Source: Thermovibrio sp. (GTDB lineage Bacteria > Aquificota > Aquificia > Desulfurobacteriales > Desulfurobacteriaceae). From it: DNA of 24,000 bases. This document shows positions 1-9,338 of the stretch, in pieces. Position 1 is the stretch's first letter. Each line of letters starts with the position of its first letter. Made by a program: the position numbers and the translations under genes. Under the pieces are notes generated by a model that worked only from the letters and a program-made list of their open reading frames with translations, was not told where the DNA came from and made no database searches. The stretch covers positions 1 to 24,000 of the forward strand of contig WFNZ01000067.1 in NCBI GenBank assembly GCA_015488335.1. Reading direction: 5' to 3'.

Positions 1-1
1 A

Positions 2-1741
2 CCATATATTGTGGGGAAAAGAGGGGATTTTGTAAAGAATGCAAAACTTATTCCAAAAGGTAAGGATTCTGTCCTGATTGTAAGTTTATCCAAACCGGGA
101 GTTTTAAAACTTAACAGAGGTAAAAATTTAGTAAAACTAAAAATATTGGAAGGAGACTTTATAAAACCTGAAATTAATTCTATAAGAACAGTAGCGGGGG
201 AAGAGATAGTTATTGATTTCCCTCTACCCGTGAATCCCACTTTTGAGAAAGTAGGAAATAGACTGATCCTGAGCATTCCTCATGTTAAACTTGAACCAGA
301 TAAGAAACGTGTTAACTCGGCCAACGTTAGATCTGTAGTTTTTTCTAACTCGGCAAAAGGTGGGATTATTACACTTGTGCTGTCTCCAAAAGTTGCTGCT
401 GTAGAGGTTCTACCGAAGGAAAATCAGATTTTTGTGAAACTGATGGCTTCAAAAACGAAGACGGCCCAGAAAGAAAAACATTCTCTCAGAGCGGAAGGTC
501 CTAAAGTTGCCCTCCATTTTACAAATGCTGACGTTAAATCTGTAATAAGAGCGATAGCAACTGTTGCAAATGTAAATGTTGTGTTTGATCCTGAAGTTAA
601 TGGAAAGGTGAACGTTGATTTCAAAAAACCTGTTCCCTGGAAAGAGGCTCTAAAGGCTGTTCTTGAGCCCCTCTCCCTGACTTACATAGAAACTCCTGAC
701 TATATAAGGATACTTCCAAAATCAAAGATAGTGAAAGAGGAGAAACTGGAACCTGTAAACGAGTATATTGTTCCGCTTAACTATGTAAACGCATCGGATC
801 TTGTTAAGGATATAACGGATATGTTGGGGAGCTCCGACAGAGAAAAGATAGCCGTAAATAAGCAGACAAATTCCCTTCTACTCAAGGTTACTCCTACTCA
901 CTACAGGGATATTCTCAGGCTTATCAGACGGATAGATAAACCAAGGAAACAGGTTCTTGTAAAGGCCAAAATTGTTCAACTTAGTACAAAAGCAGAGAAG
1001 GACTTAGGCTTTACATGGTACATTAGCGGTTATAACCGGTTGGGTAATTCTCCTGCTTCAACCTATACTACGGAAAGTTACGGTTTCAATACTGATAACT
1101 ACACCCCTCTGATAAGTCCCGACTCCTATATGAACCTTTCAAACATTCCGGTTATGAACTCAACTCTTGCTTTAGGTATTCTTAACCGTTCTCAGACTTT
1201 AAGGGTGGAGTTGGCCCTTAAGGCTTTAGAGGTTGATGGTGAAGCTCAAATTATCTCTTCTCCAAAGGTCTTGACTCTTGACAACCAAGAAGCTTCTATA
1301 GAACAGGGTATTGAAATCCCTTACAGGGAGTCAACTGTAGGTGCTGGAGGAGCAACTTCTTACAGTATTAACTTTAAGAAGGCTTCTCTCATTTTGAAGG
1401 TTAAGCCTCATATTACTTCAGATAATAACATCCTACTTGATTTGGAGCTCCATAAAGACTCTCCAAACTACGATTACGTTGCAGTAACAGGTAGCGGTGA
1501 GCCGGCTATCAATACCAGGAACGTTAAGTCAAAAGTTCTCGTTCATAACGGAGATACTATCGTTATAGGGGGTATTTACGAAAAAGAGAAAAACAGATCA
1601 GTTTCTGGGGTTCCTGTCCTTTCCAGAATTCCCCTCTTAGGCTGGCTCTTTAAAAACTCTCAAACTACTGTTTCAAAGAAACAGATGCTGGTATTTATAA
1701 CACCTGTTATTGTTGAATCTAATGGTGAGGTAGGGAAATGA
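2..1741 (+). CDS. pilQ: Type IV pilus secretin PilQ, 5'-truncated by the window edge
   Basis: The reading frame is open to the window edge, with no stop in frame at 2-10. The listed N-terminus (GTG at 11) has no signal peptide, so the true start lies upstream. The C-terminal secretin signature is present (VLVHNGDTIVIGGIYEKEKNRSVSGVPVLSRIPLLGWLFKN...LVFITPVIV). N0/N1-like secretin N-domains are also present (VALHFTNADVKSVIRAIATVANVNVVFD; VPLNYVNASDLVKDITDML...LLLKVTPTHYRDILRLIRRID). Confidence 0.85.
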   Translation, partial: PYIVGKRGDFVKNAKLIPKGKDSVLIVSLSKPGVLKLNRGKNLVKLKILEGDFIKPEINSIRTVAGEEIVIDFPLPVNPTFEKVGNRLILSIPHVKLEPDKKRVNSANVRSVVFSNSAKGGIITLVLSPKVAAVEVLPKENQIFVKLMASKTKTAQKEKHSLRAEGPKVALHFTNADVKSVIRAIATVANVNVVFDPEVNGKVNVDFKKPVPWKEALKAVLEPLSLTYIETPDYIRILPKSKIVKEEKLEPVNEYIVPLNYVNASDLVKDITDMLGSSDREKIAVNKQTNSLLLKVTPTHYRDILRLIRRIDKPRKQVLVKAKIVQLSTKAEKDLGFTWYISGYNRLGNSPASTYTTESYGFNTDNYTPLISPDSYMNLSNIPVMNSTLALGILNRSQTLRVELALKALEVDGEAQIISSPKVLTLDNQEASIEQGIEIPYRESTVGAGGATSYSINFKKASLILKVKPHITSDNNILLDLELHKDSPNYDYVAVTGSGEPAINTRNVKSKVLVHNGDTIVIGGIYEKEKNRSVSGVPVLSRIPLLGWLFKNSQTTVSKKQMLVFITPVIVESNGEVGK

Positions 1742-2340
1742 GAAAGATTTTTCCTTTTGTTCTTCTGTTCCTAATAGCCGGATGCGGTAGTGGAGGTAGC
1801 GGTTTAAGTTCTGAAGTTAGTGTGTCAGACCTTCCTTCAAAACTTCAGCAGGACCTCGTCTGTTATAACGAGGAGACCGATTCAAACGGAAATACCACTT
1901 ACGTTGAAAGCGAGCCTGCGGCAAAAGAGATCACGTTTACTCTGAACTATTCTAATCTCTGTTCTACTAGCTTTTCATCTCAAAATCAGGATCTCATATT
2001 TGAAGGTTGTACCGTTTCTGTTACCCCTATCTCAAAATTACCAAAAGAGATGACATCTTCAGATTTCCTCAGAGAAATGGCAAATGAAATAGCTTGTACC
2101 GCAGATGATGTTACAACTGGTGGTAGCGGGACAGGTAGAATATCCATTACAGCAGCTCTTGTTGATACGATGAGGTCTGAGTACAGAAAATACAGTAGCT
2201 ATGCTCCCTTCCTCTACAGGGTTAACGTGACTTTTAAGTTTTCCTCCAACTGTGGCGATGGCACTGTAGAGAGAACGATCTCTGTTCCGGTTGAGTTCTC
2301 TAACTTCATTGAGAACGATAACGACCTCTGCCAGCAATGA
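1738..2340 (+). CDS. Cys-rich lipoprotein of unknown function, translationally coupled to pilQ and truB
   Basis: The signal peptide has a lipobox (MRKIFPFVLLFLIAG|C) followed by a GSGGSG linker. The mature part is S/T/N-rich, has 6 further Cys, and matches no family I recognise. ATGA start/stop overlaps occur with pilQ (1738-1741) and truB (2337-2340). Confidence 0.7.
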   Translation: MRKIFPFVLLFLIAGCGSGGSGLSSEVSVSDLPSKLQQDLVCYNEETDSNGNTTYVESEPAAKEITFTLNYSNLCSTSFSSQNQDLIFEGCTVSVTPISKLPKEMTSSDFLREMANEIACTADDVTTGGSGTGRISITAALVDTMRSEYRKYSSYAPFLYRVNVTFKFSSNCGDGTVERTISVPVEFSNFIENDNDLCQQ

Positions 2341-3188
2341 CCGGTTTTCTGATTGTTGATAAACCTAAAGGGATAACTTCCCATACTGTTGTTTCAGAGG
2401 TTAGAAAACTAACGGGAAACAGGTATAAAGTTGGACATACAGGGACTTTAGACCCTCTTGCTACGGGAGTTCTTATTCTTGCTGTTGGGAAGGCAACCAG
2501 ACTGTCTAAATATCTTCTGAAAAAGGACAAAGTTTACAGGGTAAAAGGTAGGTTTGGTTTAGCGTCTCCAACTTATGATGTAGATGGAGAACTCTCTTCG
2601 GTTAACTGCCCGGAGATTTCTAAGGAGAAGTTTCTATCAGTTCTTCCCCTGTTTACGGGAAAGATCAATCAGTTTCCCCCGCCCTACTCGGCTGTCCGTA
2701 TAAAGGGGAAGAGAGCTTATCAGCTTGCAAGGGAGGGGAAAAAAGTGGAGCTCCCTTCCAGAAGTGTAGTGGTCTACTCTTTAGATCTTGTTTCTTATTC
2801 TTATCCTGATTTTGAACTTCTGATTCACTGTTCTTCAGGTACTTACGTAAGGTCTTTGATTCATGATATTGGTGAATCTCTTAAGTGTAGCGCTATTGTA
2901 GTGGAGCTCCGCAGAACCTGTGTTGGAAATATATGTGAGGATAGAGCTGTTCCTCTCAATCTCTTAAAAAAAGAGGGAATTGCTCCCTTTCTCCTACCAC
3001 CCCATGAAGTCCTGGAATTCCCTGTTGTTACAGTTACAGAAAAGGAGGAGAAGCTCTTTAAGAACGGAATGTTTATAAAGAGAGAGCTCCCCCAAGGCCT
3101 CTACTCCGTTCTCTCCCGTGATGGAAAGTTCTTAGGAGTTGGGAAGTCAAACGGAGAAACTGTTAAGCCAGAGACTGTAATATCTTAG
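2337..3188 (+). CDS. truB: tRNA pseudouridine(55) synthase TruB
   Basis: The N-terminus GFLIVDKPKGITSH and the catalytic motif GHTGTLDPLATGVLILAVGKATRL (catalytic Asp) are present. The length is typical. Confidence 0.9.
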   Translation: MTGFLIVDKPKGITSHTVVSEVRKLTGNRYKVGHTGTLDPLATGVLILAVGKATRLSKYLLKKDKVYRVKGRFGLASPTYDVDGELSSVNCPEISKEKFLSVLPLFTGKINQFPPPYSAVRIKGKRAYQLAREGKKVELPSRSVVVYSLDLVSYSYPDFELLIHCSSGTYVRSLIHDIGESLKCSAIVVELRRTCVGNICEDRAVPLNLLKKEGIAPFLLPPHEVLEFPVVTVTEKEEKLFKNGMFIKRELPQGLYSVLSRDGKFLGVGKSNGETVKPETVIS

Positions 3189-3214
3189 CTCTTAAAGTGC
3201 CAGAAAGTCAGCAA

Positions 3215-6200
3215 CTATTCGCCCACTACCTGTTTCGGGTCAATCTTTGCAAACCTTAAAACCGGTTTTAGTTCTCTTATTATCTCCTGATAGTCAGCTT
3301 TTCCAGTTTCAACCATATCCATCAGCTCTTCAAGTTTCCTTGTAAATTCTTCAGACGTGTAGTTGGGGAAGTTTTGAGATAGGTAGTTATACACCTCTAT
3401 TCCCAACTTTGTGGGGTGTAGAAACCTCCCTCTTTCAACTACGTACCGTCTATCAAGGAGAGTTTGAACTATTTTCGCGTAAGTTGATGGTCTTCCTATT
3501 CCTCTTTTCCTCATCTCCTCAACTAACTCCCCTTGAGTGTACGGGAACACTTTTGGAACAGTTCTCTTTGTAACGGCCTTAACGTCGTAGTAATAGGTAT
3601 CTCCTTCCCGGAGCTCAACGGGGAATTCCTCTGCCTCAATTGGAAGAATTAGGCTCCAGCCGTCTTTTACGATTTTTGTTATAAACTCTTCCAGGGTTAT
3701 CAGATCGTCGGGTAGGAGTTTTAGTTCTACTTCCACCTTTTCTACCTCTACTGGAATCATCTGAGATGCCATAAACCGCCTGAATATAAGGTCGTAAACC
3801 CTGAAGTGGTCTTTTGTCATCTTTGCCGTTGAACCTGAAACGTAGACAAGGGTTTTGAGAGCATCTACGTCTAACGGCCTAGTTGGTCTTATACACTCGT
3901 GGGCTCCCCCTTCCCCCCAGGATCTCAGTTTCACAAATTCCGGGCCGAACTTTTCAGAAATGTACTCTTTTGCAATTCCCATTCCCGCAGTTGAAACCCT
4001 TGTGGAGTCAGTTCTGTGGTAGGTAATGAAGCCGCTTTCAAACAGATCTTGTGCAATTTCCATAACTCTCTCTGCAGAGAGGTTTAACCTATCAGACGCT
4101 TCTTTGAGGAGCTCTCCAGTATTAAACGGCGGTTTCGGGTTTTTCTCAGTCTGGTCCTTTTTCAATACCTTAAGTTTTAATTTGTCTGCAACTACTCTCT
4201 TTAACCTTGAGACATCTTCAACCTTAAAGGAGAACTTTCCAATTTCCGTCTCTACGGTAACAACACCTACTCTCTCTTTACTCTCGTTGTACCGCTCTAT
4301 AACCCAGCCTAAAACCGGTGTCTGAACTCTTCCTGCCGAGAGCCAGTTTTTCTTAAAGACTTTCCAGAGGTGTTGACTCAGTGAAAAACCGACCCACCTG
4401 TCTGCTATCCTCCTTACTATCTGCGCCTTTACTAGGTTCTCGTCAATCTCTCTCGGGTTTTCAAGGGCTTCCATAAAGGCCCACTTTGTTACTTCGTGGA
4501 ACTCCATCCTTTTCATCTTCATCTGGTATGGTTTTGTAACGGTTCCTACGTCCCAGCCTATCTTTTCTCCTTCTGTGTCGGGGTCGCTGGCAATATAAAC
4601 TTCGTCAATTTCCAGTCCCAGTTCTCTGAGAGCCTGAACGACAGTTATCTTGTCAACGTCAGGTTTTCCTTCACACTTTGTGCAGAAAGGTTCTGTTGTC
4701 TGTTCATTACAGGCTGTGCAGTACTTTATCGTATCGTATACAGGAATGAACCGTCCTTTCTCTTCCTTTACTCCCCATATGCCGTCTCTTACAGTTATGT
4801 CAAATACATGGCCTTTTGAAGCAGTAAGGAGAAGTAATTTGTTGCCGATATTTATTTCGTAGGCATCTACGTCGTTTATCTTTCTCCTTACAGGTCTTCC
4901 AAAGAAATTGGCTATTGTTCTTGCTTTGTTGGGAGATTCAACAACTACAAGGGCTGTTGTAACAAGGCTTTTCGTCTCCGTTGTTATCTTACCTTCAAGT
5001 ATTTCTCTTACTCTCTTTCTATCCCTGTCTACAACTTCAAAAATCCTTTTAAGGTCTTTCTCTTCTATCAGTTCAAATCCAAACCGTTCTGCAAGTTCTT
5101 TTCCCCTGTCCCTATTTAAGACCTTGAAGTTTATATCCTCTAAGAAGATGAGAACTCTTTTTCTCAGTGAATTAAGGGCTTTGAGATCGTCTACAAACAT
5201 GAGGCTTACACCTTTTGTCAGTCCTCCTGCGAACATTCTTGACGTTCTTCCAGAGGCCTGTATATATCCTGCGGCGTCTCCTACTACCAGATAGAGCTCT
5301 CCGTTCTCCTCTTTCAGAGATACGGTTTCCGATTCTCTGATTTTCTCTAAAAACTCAGGGTCGTTCAGGTATTCCTCTAAAAACCTCTTTATCTCCTCTA
5401 ATTTCTCTTTAATTTTTGGGTATCTATCAAGGAGTTCCTCTTTGAGGGTCAGGTACTTCTTTAAGTAACTTATGTAGGAAATGACTTTTGGTTGTTCCTC
5501 TTCTGGAAGGAGCTCCCTTAGAACTAAAAGCATTCCGTAAAGTTTAACTGGTGCTAGAGAGAGTTTTGCGCTGAACTCCATCTTTGGGACGCCTATAAAG
5601 ATGGCGTACCTTACCGCCTGAGGTAGATCAATACCTCTTGCAAGGGGATTCCTGTAGCTTGATATTCCTACTGCAGCCCAGAGCTCTCCTTTTACGAATT
5701 TCTCCTGGTTCTCCGGGGTAAAATCCTCGTAAGAGACTGCAGGTATACCACTACTGTTTAACTTTTCAACAACTACGTCCACAAACTCCTTTCCTCTATC
5801 TGCAGAAACAAATACGAAGATTCCTTTTCCGTATTTCTTTATCAGTTTTACTGTTTCCTCTAAGAAATCACTATCTGTGTAAATGAGAATATCCTCAACG
5901 TTCCTCAGCGTCGTTGCAGATTTTCCCACCTCAAAACCTAAGAGTTCTCTAAATAGCTTTACCCGTTTAGATCTCGGCTGAGAGGTTGCAGACGAAACCA
6001 CCAAGACGTTCTCTATCTCTCTGCGTCTTTTCTCAAGGAACTTCTCATACTTCCTTACTGTATTTATCAGTTTTCTGCTTGCTTTTTCTCCCTCTTTTGC
6101 AAGTTTGATTTTTAAGTCAATTACTCTCATGGCAAGTTCAACGTCTTTTTCTGTAAAACCGAGAAGCTGTATGACCTTATCTACGTTCTTTGCACTTTTA

Positions 6201-6799
6201 AGGAGGGAATCAACATCATCAACGAAAACAAAGTTAAACGGTTTCGGTATAATTTCAAAGTTTCTGTAAAGAAAGTTCGTTGTAGTTACCAATATATCGT
6301 AGTTGCCTGAAGATATTTCCTCTTTTTCTTTTTTCCTTCCGGTATATGCAACAATCTTTTTCTCTGTAAGTTTTTTCAGCTTTTCAACTGTTTGTAGTAC
6401 CAGAAGTTTTGTTGGGACTAGAATATACACTTTTCCTTTTATATAGGCACTGGTTACCAATCCCCAGGTGGTTTTGCCAACTCCGGTTGGAGCTATCATC
6501 GTAAATGACTTCTTTAGGGCTACTCTTTTAGCCCACATAACTTGTAGACTCCAGGGAGAAAAGCCCGTTTTCTTTTTGAAGAACTCTGTATACTCTTCCA
6601 CGAACCGGTCAAGCTGGCATATCTCCTGAAACCTCTCTAACCGGTTTTCCCTCTTAAGGGTTTCGCATATCTCTACTCTTTTGCTGTAATCAATTTCTTC
6701 AGGCAGGCACTTTTCACAGGGTAAACCTTTCTTTAACCGCTCGTCAGAAATAATCCTTCCGCAGTTGGGACACATTCTGTGAAACTCTGCCGTTTTCAT
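3215..6799 (-). CDS. rgy: Reverse gyrase (helicase-like domain fused to topoisomerase IA)
   Basis: An N-terminal Zn finger (CPNCG...CEKC), Walker A (APTGVGKTT) and a DDVD box are present. The Toprim region is there (VVESPNKARTIA, DPDTEGE), as is an internal Zn finger (CTACN...CTKC). The active-site Tyr motif is GFITYHRTDS. I prefer the ATG at 6799 (MKTAEF...) because GGAGGTG lies directly upstream at 6801-6808. The track ORF extends to 6844. Confidence 0.95.
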   Translation of the reverse strand: MKTAEFHRMCPNCGRIISDERLKKGLPCEKCLPEEIDYSKRVEICETLKRENRLERFQEICQLDRFVEEYTEFFKKKTGFSPWSLQVMWAKRVALKKSFTMIAPTGVGKTTWGLVTSAYIKGKVYILVPTKLLVLQTVEKLKKLTEKKIVAYTGRKKEKEEISSGNYDILVTTTNFLYRNFEIIPKPFNFVFVDDVDSLLKSAKNVDKVIQLLGFTEKDVELAMRVIDLKIKLAKEGEKASRKLINTVRKYEKFLEKRRREIENVLVVSSATSQPRSKRVKLFRELLGFEVGKSATTLRNVEDILIYTDSDFLEETVKLIKKYGKGIFVFVSADRGKEFVDVVVEKLNSSGIPAVSYEDFTPENQEKFVKGELWAAVGISSYRNPLARGIDLPQAVRYAIFIGVPKMEFSAKLSLAPVKLYGMLLVLRELLPEEEQPKVISYISYLKKYLTLKEELLDRYPKIKEKLEEIKRFLEEYLNDPEFLEKIRESETVSLKEENGELYLVVGDAAGYIQASGRTSRMFAGGLTKGVSLMFVDDLKALNSLRKRVLIFLEDINFKVLNRDRGKELAERFGFELIEEKDLKRIFEVVDRDRKRVREILEGKITTETKSLVTTALVVVESPNKARTIANFFGRPVRRKINDVDAYEINIGNKLLLLTASKGHVFDITVRDGIWGVKEEKGRFIPVYDTIKYCTACNEQTTEPFCTKCEGKPDVDKITVVQALRELGLEIDEVYIASDPDTEGEKIGWDVGTVTKPYQMKMKRMEFHEVTKWAFMEALENPREIDENLVKAQIVRRIADRWVGFSLSQHLWKVFKKNWLSAGRVQTPVLGWVIERYNESKERVGVVTVETEIGKFSFKVEDVSRLKRVVADKLKLKVLKKDQTEKNPKPPFNTGELLKEASDRLNLSAERVMEIAQDLFESGFITYHRTDSTRVSTAGMGIAKEYISEKFGPEFVKLRSWGEGGAHECIRPTRPLDVDALKTLVYVSGSTAKMTKDHFRVYDLIFRRFMASQMIPVEVEKVEVELKLLPDDLITLEEFITKIVKDGWSLILPIEAEEFPVELREGDTYYYDVKAVTKRTVPKVFPYTQGELVEEMRKRGIGRPSTYAKIVQTLLDRRYVVERGRFLHPTKLGIEVYNYLSQNFPNYTSEEFTRKLEELMDMVETGKADYQEIIRELKPVLRFAKIDPKQVVGE

Positions 6800-6861
6800 C
6801 TCCACCTCTTTTCTGTTAGACTTGGAAATAGTGTAGCACAACAAATTTCGGGGGAGTAGAG

Positions 6862-7986
6862 ATGAGACACCACATGCCTACCAGGGTGGTTTTTGGGCGG
6901 AGAGTTCTCTATAAGTTAAAGGACGAAATTGACTTTTTGGGGCTTGATGACTCAAGAACTGCCGTTATATGCGGTTCTTCTGCCGTTTCGCACGGCTATG
7001 TGAAAGCGATCTCAGAACAGGTTTCAGGGAAAGTTTCTATTTTCTGTTCTGTGGAGCCTGATCCTACGGTAGAAAATGCTCTTCAAGTTTTGAGTGAAGT
7101 AAAGGCATTTTCTCCAACCCTTATCGTTGCTGTTGGTGGTGGAAGTTCTTTAGATGTGGCAAAGGCCGTTTCCGTTATGCTTACAAACGAAGGTGATATT
7201 CACCAGTTTATTGGCATTCCCGAACCTTTTAAGAATCCAGGAGTTCCGGTTGTGGCCGTTCCAACAACTGCCGGTTCTGGTTCTGAAGTAACTCCCTATG
7301 CTGTTCTGACAGACAGGAAAAACCTTAAGAAAGCTCCACTTATCTCCCGCTACCTGTTTCCGGTTTTGGCTTTAGATGACCCTGAACTCACTGTCTCCAT
7401 GCCTCAAACTGTTACTGCGAATACTGGAATTGATGCTCTAACCCACGCTTTAGAGTCGCTCCTCTCCAAAAGAGCAACTCCCATCAGCCGGCTCTACTCC
7501 CTTGAGTCTGCTAAGCTCATTTTTAACTATTTACCGAGAGCTTTTGGGAACTCTAAAGATATTTCTGCAAGAGAACGTGTTATGATGGGAAGTCTTTTGG
7601 GGGGGATGGCAATAACCGACGCTGGAGCAGGTCTCGTTCATACCCTTGCTCACGTTTTAGGGGTTCTCTACAGGGTCCCCCACGGTCTTGCCAACGGTAT
7701 CTTTCTCGTTCCCGTTCTTGAGTTCTACGGGCTCTCTGTGAAGGAAACCCTTGCGGAGCTTTCAGATTACATGGGAGTTTCAGGAGGTGCCGAGGGTTTT
7801 CTAAGAGCTCTAAAGGAGCTTTTATCGTTTTTAGGAATTCCGGAGAAAGCTTCTCCTGTAGGAGTTAAAAAAGATGACTTTACCCTTTTTATCTCTCTGG
7901 TTATGGAAAAGAAATTTCTGATGGGAAACCTCCCTAGGATTCCTACAGAGAGGGATATAAGAGCCATTCTTGAAACTTTAGTTTAA
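6862..7986 (+). CDS. Iron-containing (group III) alcohol dehydrogenase family oxidoreductase
   Basis: Fe-ADH motifs are present: GGGSSLDVAKA, VPTTAGSGSEVT, and metal-ligand His residues in GIDALTHALES and LVHTLAHVLG..PHG. A GGGGGAG Shine-Dalgarno lies 5 nt upstream of the ATG. The substrate cannot be assigned from sequence. Confidence 0.8.
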   Translation: MRHHMPTRVVFGRRVLYKLKDEIDFLGLDDSRTAVICGSSAVSHGYVKAISEQVSGKVSIFCSVEPDPTVENALQVLSEVKAFSPTLIVAVGGGSSLDVAKAVSVMLTNEGDIHQFIGIPEPFKNPGVPVVAVPTTAGSGSEVTPYAVLTDRKNLKKAPLISRYLFPVLALDDPELTVSMPQTVTANTGIDALTHALESLLSKRATPISRLYSLESAKLIFNYLPRAFGNSKDISARERVMMGSLLGGMAITDAGAGLVHTLAHVLGVLYRVPHGLANGIFLVPVLEFYGLSVKETLAELSDYMGVSGGAEGFLRALKELLSFLGIPEKASPVGVKKDDFTLFISLVMEKKFLMGNLPRIPTERDIRAILETLV

Positions 7987-8101
7987 AACTTTGCGTTAAA
8001 ACTTTTAGGTCTTGAAACCGTTTCAGTTCAAGAGGTATTTTTAGGATTGAATAAGAACAACAGGGCTGACGGCTTAAGTGGGGCCAGGGGAGGGTTGTGG
8101 G

Positions 8102-8908
8102 TTAAAGGGCGATTAGGGGGAGTTTCTGCCTTCTGCAGAGCTCCCCTATTCTATCCGGAGTGATTACGAACGTTTTGTTTCCCTCTACTGCTATTCCCTT
8201 TCCGCCCAGCTCTTTTACCAGTTTGATCGTTTTTTCCCCTACTGTGGGAACGTCTATTCTCATGTCCTGGTGAGGTCTTGCTGCCTTGCACACTACGAAG
8301 CCGCCGGAAGAGAGTTCTGCCCCTCTTTCTATACACCTGTCTGTTCCCTCTACTCCTTCAACGGCTATTACGGTTCCCATCTTTACAACTACCGTTTGAC
8401 CAATGTCCATTTCGGCTATTCTTTTTGCTATTTCCATTCCAAACTTCATGTCCTTCAGGGTTTCTTTATCTGGCTGGGGGCCGAGTACAGTTCCCGACGG
8501 TATGAGGAGGTGTTTCAGGAATAACTCCGGAGATATTACTTTTACTCCAGATTTTTCTATTTCTCTAAAAACTCCCTTTATCAATGATTCAGGTTTCAGA
8601 TCTTTGAGAACCGCTATCAATTTAATGGCAGTGAGATCAAGGTTTTTCAGTTTTAGAGCCTCTTTGTGTTCTATCTTTCCCAGAACTGCTATTTCTCTAA
8701 CGCCGCTCTTTTTAAGCTCTTTCAGGAATTTGCCTAACTTTATAGGTTTTATCCAGATGACTTCTTCTGAAAGTTCCTCTACTCTTTTGTCGGTTAGTCC
8801 TGTTATTGCGAACGTTGTTACCTTTACTCCTTTTCTTTTTGCCGATTTCAAGAATTCTATGGGGAGCTCCCCGGCTCCGGCAAGGAGACCGATTCTACTT
8901 TCCTGCAT
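8102..8908 (-). CDS. lpxI: UDP-2,3-diacylglucosamine pyrophosphatase LpxI (DUF1009 family)
   Basis: The N-terminus RIGLLAGAGELPIEF and the C-terminal block DIGQTVVV..GTVIAVEGVEGTDRCIERG...VVCKAARPHQDMRIDVPTVG match what I recall of LpxI/DUF1009. The gene overlaps the nusB stop by 14 nt. Confidence 0.7.
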   Translation of the reverse strand: MQESRIGLLAGAGELPIEFLKSAKRKGVKVTTFAITGLTDKRVEELSEEVIWIKPIKLGKFLKELKKSGVREIAVLGKIEHKEALKLKNLDLTAIKLIAVLKDLKPESLIKGVFREIEKSGVKVISPELFLKHLLIPSGTVLGPQPDKETLKDMKFGMEIAKRIAEMDIGQTVVVKMGTVIAVEGVEGTDRCIERGAELSSGGFVVCKAARPHQDMRIDVPTVGEKTIKLVKELGGKGIAVEGNKTFVITPDRIGELCRRQKLPLIAL

Positions 8909-9338
8909 CTTTCTTCACTTTGTCTAGAATGGCGTTTATGAACCTGTAGGAGTTTTCGTCTTCTCCGTACTCCTTTGCCAGCTCAACTGCGTCGTTTATT
9001 ACAGCCTCTGCCGGTGAAATCTCTTCTTTCAACAGTTCGTAGGTTGCTACCCTCAGTATTGCCCTGTCCATCGGCAACAGTCTGTCTATAACCCATCCCT
9101 TCTTCAGGTGTTTTGATATCTCTGAGTCAACTTCTAACAGGTTCCTGAAAGTTCCCTTAACCAGCCTTTCTGCCAGTTCCTTAACTTCTCTCTTTTCCTC
9201 TCCCCTCTCTTCTTCAACCTCTTCCCAGTATGTCTCCATAACCTCATCTGGAGAGAATCCGGAAACGTCTGTCTGGTATGCAATTACGTACGCGTGTTCC
9301 CTTGCCCTTTTCTTTTCCGGGTTTGAGAGGTTACCCAT
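8895..9338 (-). CDS. nusB: Transcription antitermination factor NusB
   Basis: NusB-like sequence is present (KRAREHAYVIAYQ..., AILRVATYELL, INDAVELAKEYG). The ATG at 9338 overlaps the ribH TAA by 1 nt (TAATG), which is the conserved ribH-nusB arrangement. The 20-codon upstream extension in the track (to 9398) lies inside ribH. Confidence 0.85.
   Translation of the reverse strand: MGNLSNPEKKRAREHAYVIAYQTDVSGFSPDEVMETYWEEVEEERGEEKREVKELAERLVKGTFRNLLEVDSEISKHLKKGWVIDRLLPMDRAILRVATYELLKEEISPAEAVINDAVELAKEYGEDENSYRFINAILDKVKKDAGK

Noticed and set aside
3197-3202. GTGCCA (TGGCAC on the minus strand) between truB and rgy
   Set aside because: No TTGC lies at the proper spacing (the sequence reads TGGCAC-TTTAA-GAGC). 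The site also sits between two convergent stop codons, with nothing to transcribe.
4026-5294. Four + strand ORFs (4026..4325, 4496..4819, 4650..4862, 4908..5294) inside reverse gyrase
   Set aside because: They are antisense shadows of a 1,194-aa gene with all catalytic motifs intact. The translations are Ser/Leu/Phe-rich with no recognisable domains.
8010-8046. Hairpin TCTTGAA-N10-TTCAAGA followed by GGTATTTTT as a bidirectional terminator
   Set aside because: The stem is only 7 bp with 2 GC pairs and a 10-nt loop. That is doubtful for stability in a thermophile, so I kept it as a note rather than a feature.
8403-8927. A 174-aa + strand ORF, together with 8270..8524, 8278..8505 and 8151..8336, overlapping lpxI
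   Set aside because: These ORFs are antisense or out of frame to a well-supported LpxI gene. They are low-complexity S/F/R-rich translations with no Shine-Dalgarno. They are typical shadow ORFs.
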